This document shows positions 53,567 to 57,570 of a DNA stretch of 57,570 nt, one piece after another (position 1 is the stretch's first letter; each line of letters begins with the position of its first letter). A program made the position numbers and the translations under genes. The notes under the pieces were generated by a model, which did no database searches, was not told the DNA's origin, and worked only from the letters and a program-made list of their open reading frames with translations. The DNA is from a virus. Its lineage: Duplodnaviria; Caudoviricetes. Location of the stretch: IMG/VR virus record IMGVR_UViG_3300023214_000231, positions 1-57,570 of that record. One strand, 5' to 3'.

Positions 53567-54247
53567 TCACTCATCCTGTACCCCACCGACACCAAGCACC
53601 ACAAGCTCCTCGATCGGCTTCGCCCAAGACCGCCAGACGTCCACGAACATGCTTAGGTCGTCGAGATCAACAACCCCATCCGGAACCGCATACCCAGCTT
53701 GCCCGGCAAGCACCGCGCCCGTCGTGGTCACGTCTGGGTTGAGCGGGAACACACGTCCGTTGACCGGGCTCACATGGACAGCCGGCGGAGCGATCCACTG
53801 CACGAGATACTCCTGGGCGGGCCAGACCGCGCCATCTAGCACGACCATTCGGAGGTCCTGCTCGACAGCGGGGCCAGAACGCGGGTGCGCTTCGGACGCG
53901 GCGAAGCCCCGGCCCATATACACCACGCGGACAAGCCCGTTCTCGAACAGGTCGGCGATCGCGGTCGATGGGCCGATGAACCCCGGACCAGCGACGGCCT
54001 CGCCGTCTGCGAGCCAGACCGCAGCCGTATAGGTGCCGTAATCACCATCGACGCCGAGGAAGTCGGCGGCCCAGCCGTAGAAGTGTGGGACCCCGCCGAG
54101 GTCGGACAAACCATTGACGTGCGCCAGTCGGCCGTCGGGCTGCCGCCAGAGGCCCGCATCTGGCGGCTGCGAAGGCAAGTCGATGGGCAGCAGGCGCGAG
54201 TAAACGATCTGGCCGGCGATCACGGCAGCGAGCGCCATCATGGGCAT
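53567..54247 (-). CDS. Protein with C-terminal planctomycete-type dockerin/EF-hand-like motif
   Basis: AAGGAG RBS; PDVTTTGAVLAGQAGYAVPDGVVDLDDLSMFVDVW. Confidence 0.65.
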   Translation of the reverse strand: MPMMALAAVIAGQIVYSRLLPIDLPSQPPDAGLWRQPDGRLAHVNGLSDLGGVPHFYGWAADFLGVDGDYGTYTAAVWLADGEAVAGPGFIGPSTAIADLFENGLVRVVYMGRGFAASEAHPRSGPAVEQDLRMVVLDGAVWPAQEYLVQWIAPPAVHVSPVNGRVFPLNPDVTTTGAVLAGQAGYAVPDGVVDLDDLSMFVDVWRSWAKPIEELVVLGVGGVQDE

Positions 54248-54361
54248 CTCCTTACTTCGGGACCAAAGCCTACTCGTTCTCGTGCATGCCGGCGAATGGC
54301 TGTGGGCCGAAGTTGAGCGGCCCGCCTTGCTCACAAAAGATTCTGCGTGCTTTGATCGCCA

Positions 54362-54697
54362 CTACCCACCGCCTTCCTTCATCGCCCGCTCGGCGGCTTG
54401 TTTATATTCGTCATCCTCATCGGCACGAGGATCGGGATCGAGGATCTCGGCAACCACCATCGCGCGGGTACCCCACAAGTCCCAATCGTCGCCCGCGTAT
54501 TTCATCGCCACGCGGATCCGCTTCTTCAGTCCTGTCAGTTCCGCCTGCAAGCGGTTGAGTTCGTCGGCGGCATGGCGGTGGCTAACCGGCCTGGTCAGGT
54601 GCGCCTTGCGAAAACAACCACGGGTTTCGTCGTATACCCACTTCGCCATCACCCACCACCTTCCTTCAACGCTCCGCTCATTAGGCGCCGCCTTCAT
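54362..54697 (-). CDS. Hypothetical protein
   Basis: 111-aa ORF in the operon. Confidence 0.5.
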   Translation of the reverse strand: MKAAPNERSVEGRWWVMAKWVYDETRGCFRKAHLTRPVSHRHAADELNRLQAELTGLKKRIRVAMKYAGDDWDLWGTRAMVVAEILDPDPRADEDDEYKQAAERAMKEGGG

Positions 54698-55031
54698 TGC
54701 TATCAGATTGATAGGTTTCGATAGCAGATTGAGAGCACGCGAGGATCAGGGCGCAGAGGGCGAGGTTCCCGGTGGCGGCGAAGGCACAGAAGTCAGGCGG
54801 CTCGTAGGCTCCGTTATTACCCGCTTCGGCGTACACCACGTCTGAGGCGACATCGGAGACGATCCCGTGCCACAGTGAGCAGTTGCCGCAGTGCGTCCGA
54901 ACAAATCGCATCATCTCCGGTATCAACGCCGGGTCGGTGGAGTAGGCAGGATGAGAATCGGCGACCCAGCCTTTACCCATCGCTCGTAATACACACTCAT
55001 CAGTCTCGCGCCCGGGTTGCAGGTCACCCAT
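54681..55031 (-). CDS. Phage ABA-sandwich (BC1872-like) protein
   Basis: PGRETD..V, PAYSTD, A.TGNLALCALIL; TGATG coupling. Confidence 0.65.
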   Translation of the reverse strand: MGDLQPGRETDECVLRAMGKGWVADSHPAYSTDPALIPEMMRFVRTHCGNCSLWHGIVSDVASDVVYAEAGNNGAYEPPDFCAFAATGNLALCALILACSQSAIETYQSDSNEGGA

Positions 55032-55210
55032 CACATCACCCCTTCCATAAGAATCACGCCGCCGACGGCGATGGCGAGGCCGCACGGGCTCACGGCCCAC
55101 CGCCACCGGCTCGCGCCGCGTCTCACGGCCTCGGCCCACGCGCCCACGCCCATGCCCCACATGGTGCAGCCCGCGGCCACCAGCGCCAGTCCGATCGTGA
55201 AGTCGGTCAT
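55031..55210 (-). CDS. 59-aa 2-TM membrane protein
   Basis: Hand translation MTDFTIGLALVAAGCTMWGMGVGAW...CGLAIAVGGVILMEGVM*; coupled at both ends. Confidence 0.6.
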   Translation of the reverse strand: MTDFTIGLALVAAGCTMWGMGVGAWAEAVRRGASRWRWAVSPCGLAIAVGGVILMEGVM

Positions 55211-55242
55211 CGTGTAGCCTCCGGTTCCAGGTTGCTCGCGGC
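55207..55242 (-). repeat. Boundary repeat family C, copy 1
   Basis: GCCGCGAGCAACCTGGAACCGGAGGCTACACGATGA; compare 56511-56546 and 56717-56740. Confidence 0.75.
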
Positions 55243-56514
55243 CGTGCCGTCCGGCGCCAGGCCCAGCGTCTCCATCGCGGCGCCGATGAAGTCGGTGGCG
55301 ACGGGCAGGCAGATCGCGTTGCCGATGCCGTGCAGGGCGGCGGCGCGGTTGATGACGCGGATGTTCGTGCGGCCGTGGTCTTTCAGGCGGAACGCCGGGC
55401 CGTCTACTTCGCTGCGAGGTGATACAGCAATGCCGGCGGGAGGCCCATCAACCAGAGGGAATGCGCCGGGTTCAGACGAGATCCGGCGAACCCGCTCAAC
55501 GGATCCTCCCGAAGCGGTCGGCTCGACGCAGCGGACGAGGAGGCAATCGTCCCAGCTTGTCTGGGCAGTCGGTCCGTGCGGACCCTCACCGAGCCGTCCG
55601 GGTTCGTCGCCAGCAGCGCCAAGCCCGGACTGTCGTTCCAGTCGCGGCTTACCGGCGTCACCCACGGCGCGATCGCCAGACACTGGCCGTTGAGCAGCAG
55701 CTCGTGGGCCCGGTCGCCCGAGCGTTTCACGTTGCCCGCCTCGCCGTCGCTGGCCTTCGGGCTCTGCCACGGCGTCAGACACCACACCGAGTCCACGATC
55801 GTCACGCCGAAGGTCGCCGGCGGAGCCCCCGGCCGCCGCTTGGCCGTTGCGTTCCTCGCCCCGGTCCCGTCCGCGCGCACCGGAGTTCCCCACGGCGTCA
55901 GGCAGTAAATCACGTCCGTCATCGTCGCCGACTTCGTGAACTCCACCGCGTCCGGCCGCCGGTTGCAGGTCAGCGTGCGGCCCGCCTTGCGATCGCTGCT
56001 CAGCGGCGTCGGCCACGGCGACAAAGAACAGCCGGTGCCGTCGGTGCGGCGCGCCGACGCACGCCGCTGGAAGATCGCAGCACCCGACGGCGTATCCAGC
56101 TCGCTCCAGGTCAGATCGAACTCGGGCGAACCATGCCGCTCCAGCCGTGCCCGCAACCTGTTCTCCAAAGACCACTGGAGGGTGGCAGAGGGCGATGAGG
56201 CGGTAAACAACGGGCCATAAATGTCGGTCATCCTCGAATCCCTTGCGCCGCCCGGCGCTGCTGAACGGCTGGCACGGGCACGAGGCGGTCCACACCGGCA
56301 CATCCACGGGCCAACCCGCGATCGCCAGGGCCAGCGGCCACACACCGACGCCGGCGAACATGTGGACCTGGTCCGCGTCGAGGCTGGCGGCCTCGATGTC
56401 GTTGATGTCGGCGCCGCGCACCTCGCCGGGCGGGATCATGCGAGCCCGTTCCAGGTTGCCCAGCGCCTCGATCGAGCGCGGGTCGAAGTCGGTGTAGATC
56501 GCCCGACCGCTCAC
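55207..56514 (-). CDS. C5-cytosine DNA methyltransferase, large polypeptide
   Basis: Motif I MFAGVG, IV SCPCQPFS, VI GEQV, VIII PHRRHRLFFVA, X GIGNAI; motif IX absent from this frame. Confidence 0.88.
   Translation of the reverse strand: MSGRAIYTDFDPRSIEALGNLERARMIPPGEVRGADINDIEAASLDADQVHMFAGVGVWPLALAIAGWPVDVPVWTASCPCQPFSSAGRRKGFEDDRHLWPVVYRLIALCHPPVVFGEQVAGTAGAAWFARVRSDLERAGYAVGCCDLPAACVGAPHRRHRLFFVAVADAAEQRSQGGPHADLQPAAGRGGVHEVGDDDGRDLLPDAVGNSGARGRDRGEERNGQAAAGGSAGDLRRDDRGLGVVSDAVAEPEGQRRRGGQRETLGRPGPRAAAQRPVSGDRAVGDAGKPRLERQSGLGAAGDEPGRLGEGPHGPTAQTSWDDCLLVRCVEPTASGGSVERVRRISSEPGAFPLVDGPPAGIAVSPRSEVDGPAFRLKDHGRTNIRVINRAAALHGIGNAICLPVATDFIGAAMETLGLAPDGTAASNLEPEATR
55404..56231 (-). CDS. Nested alternative-frame C5-MTase small polypeptide (EcoHK31I-beta-like)
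   Basis: GAGG-ATG start MTDIYG; four PWx(T/S)P repeats; motif IX-like RLNPAHSLWLMGLP. Confidence 0.75.
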   Translation of the reverse strand: MTDIYGPLFTASSPSATLQWSLENRLRARLERHGSPEFDLTWSELDTPSGAAIFQRRASARRTDGTGCSLSPWPTPLSSDRKAGRTLTCNRRPDAVEFTKSATMTDVIYCLTPWGTPVRADGTGARNATAKRRPGAPPATFGVTIVDSVWCLTPWQSPKASDGEAGNVKRSGDRAHELLLNGQCLAIAPWVTPVSRDWNDSPGLALLATNPDGSVRVRTDRLPRQAGTIASSSAASSRPLREDPLSGFAGSRLNPAHSLWLMGLPPALLYHLAAK

Positions 56515-56546
56515 GCCGAGGCCTCCGGTTCCGGGTTGCTCGCGGC
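56511..56546 (-). repeat. Boundary repeat family C, copy 2
   Basis: GCCGCGAGCAACCCGGAACCGGAGGCCTCGGCGTGA. Confidence 0.75.
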
Positions 56547-56720
56547 GGGACGCCAGAACTCGGGCGTGTAGTAGATGTACATCCTGTTTTTGCCGGGCAG
56601 GAACCAGGGGCCCTCGTACCTGCCGCCGTCAACCTGCACGCCGTCGGGCGCGATCCAGTCCACGGCCTGCCCGCGATCGGGGAGGCGTTCGATTGTTCGT
56701 GTCCAATGCGTGTCACTCAC
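56511..56720 (-). CDS. Small DUF551-like phage protein
   Basis: W...ERLPDRGQAV...TPEFWRP; GTGA-coupled at both ends. Confidence 0.6.
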   Translation of the reverse strand: MSDTHWTRTIERLPDRGQAVDWIAPDGVQVDGGRYEGPWFLPGKNRMYIYYTPEFWRPAASNPEPEASA

Positions 56721-57570
56721 GCCGACCCCTCCGGTTCCACTCTGTGCAGCCAGATCACGCCGCCGCGGGATCGGGCGACCACCAGGCCGCGGACGTGCTG
56801 TGTGCAGCACGCGGCCCAGCAGCTGCGCAGGTCCTGCACGCGGTCGTCGCCGGCGCACTCGGGTACACGCATCTTGTCGCCGACGGCGGCGGCCTTCGCA
56901 AAGCCCCTGACCACGTCACGCCGCTTGGGGGGCTTGTTGAGGCCGAAGTAGTCGTCGAGGTCGGTCATGGCTTTTCCCTTCTGGCCCATCGCCGCGTCCC
57001 ACGCACGCAGCGCGGCGATGATTGCGGCGTAGCTCTTGCCGTGTTCGTTGTCGCCGTGCGTCTCCTCAACCGCCCGCTCGAAGGCGGGCAGGTCGCCGCG
57101 CCAGCAGCCGCGCGTGATGTCGAGGCCGCTGTCGGTACGGATCGCCAGCAGTGTGCCGTTCCCGCTTCCTACGCCGACGAAACAGAGGAATCGCCCGCGC
57201 TCTACGCGCGCCACCTCGCCGACGCTCGCCCCCTCGCCGACGATCGCCCCCTCGCCAACGCTCGCCCCCTCGCCGACGCGCGCCCCCTCGCCGACGCTCG
57301 CCCCCTCGCCGACGCGCGCCCGCTCGCCGACGCTCGCCCACTTGCCGACGCTCGCCCACTTGCCGACGCTCGCCCCCTCGCCGACGCGCGCCCCCTCGCC
57401 GACGCTCGCCCCCTCGCCGACGCTCGCCCACTTGCCGACGCTCGCCCGCTCGCCGACGCGCGCCCCCTCGCCGACGATCGCCCCCTCGCCAACGCTCGCC
57501 CCCTCGCCGACGCTCGCCCACTCGCCGACGCTCGCCCACTCGCCGATGCTCGCCGAGCGATGTACCCAGC
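56717..57570 (-). CDS. C-terminal part of the hexapeptide-repeat protein, with an in-frame 83-aa extension
   Basis: Repeats run in frame into GVGSGNGTL..RGCWRGDL..FERAVEETHGDNEHGKSY, a capping domain typical of phage beta-helix repeat proteins; internal RBS+ATG at 56968. Confidence 0.75.
   Translation of the reverse strand, partial: WVHRSASIGEWASVGEWASVGEGASVGEGAIVGEGARVGERASVGKWASVGEGASVGEGARVGEGASVGKWASVGKWASVGERARVGEGASVGEGARVGEGASVGEGAIVGEGASVGEVARVERGRFLCFVGVGSGNGTLLAIRTDSGLDITRGCWRGDLPAFERAVEETHGDNEHGKSYAAIIAALRAWDAAMGQKGKAMTDLDDYFGLNKPPKRRDVVRGFAKAAAVGDKMRVPECAGDDRVQDLRSCWAACCTQHVRGLVVARSRGGVIWLHRVEPEGSA
57215..57556 (-). repeat. 18-bp tandem repeat array (about 19 units)
   Basis: Directly visible CTCGCCGACGCTCGCCCC-type units with point variants. 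Confidence 0.95.
57429..57570. repeat. Terminal direct repeat / circular overlap, right copy
   Basis: Matches 1-160 minus one 18-bp unit. Confidence 0.9.

Noticed and set aside
57066-57539. Arg-rich ORFs (GERRR / RGRASA repeats) in the ORF track
   Set aside because: Alternative frames of the same repeat; the VGEGAS frame connects a plausible start to a recognisable C-terminal domain
57215-57556. 18-bp array as a CRISPR or iteron array
   Set aside because: No unique spacers; unit length is a multiple of 3 and the array reads as in-frame hexapeptides within a gene

Overview
The window looks like a complete, circularly overlapping genome (about 57.4 kb; 1-160 matches 57429-57570) of a high-GC tailed dsDNA phage with a long non-contractile tail. 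Essentially all credible genes lie on the minus strand. Read in transcription order (high to low coordinates) it carries: (i) a cassette-like accessory region across the window ends, with a hexapeptide-repeat protein, a two-frame C5 DNA methyltransferase and many small genes separated by repeated RBS/stop-start 'boundary' sequences; (ii) a dockerin-like-domain protein, a degenerate thymidylate-synthase-like protein, an HTH regulator, AAA ATPase, Gp37/Gp68, RuvC-like resolvase, an HTH initiator-like gene with an upstream DnaA box, a HerA-like ATPase and a DUF2303-like gene pair; (iii) a membrane/lipoprotein cluster that may be the lysis module; (iv) a ~600-nt non-coding locus with an atypical initiator tRNA-Met followed by tRNA-like and UUCG-hairpin structured RNAs; (v) ParB-methyltransferase, peptide deformylase, terminase, portal, head genes and a YuA/GTA-like tail module with a -1 frameshift tail chaperone. 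I recognised no integrase, DNA polymerase, primase/helicase or canonical endolysin. Two proteins resemble Phycisphaerae (Planctomycetota) sequences from memory, so a planctomycete host is inferred but not proven. The best candidate for an undescribed system is the tRNA-fMet-led structured-RNA array at 36341-36969. All family assignments are from motif recognition by eye; no searches were run.
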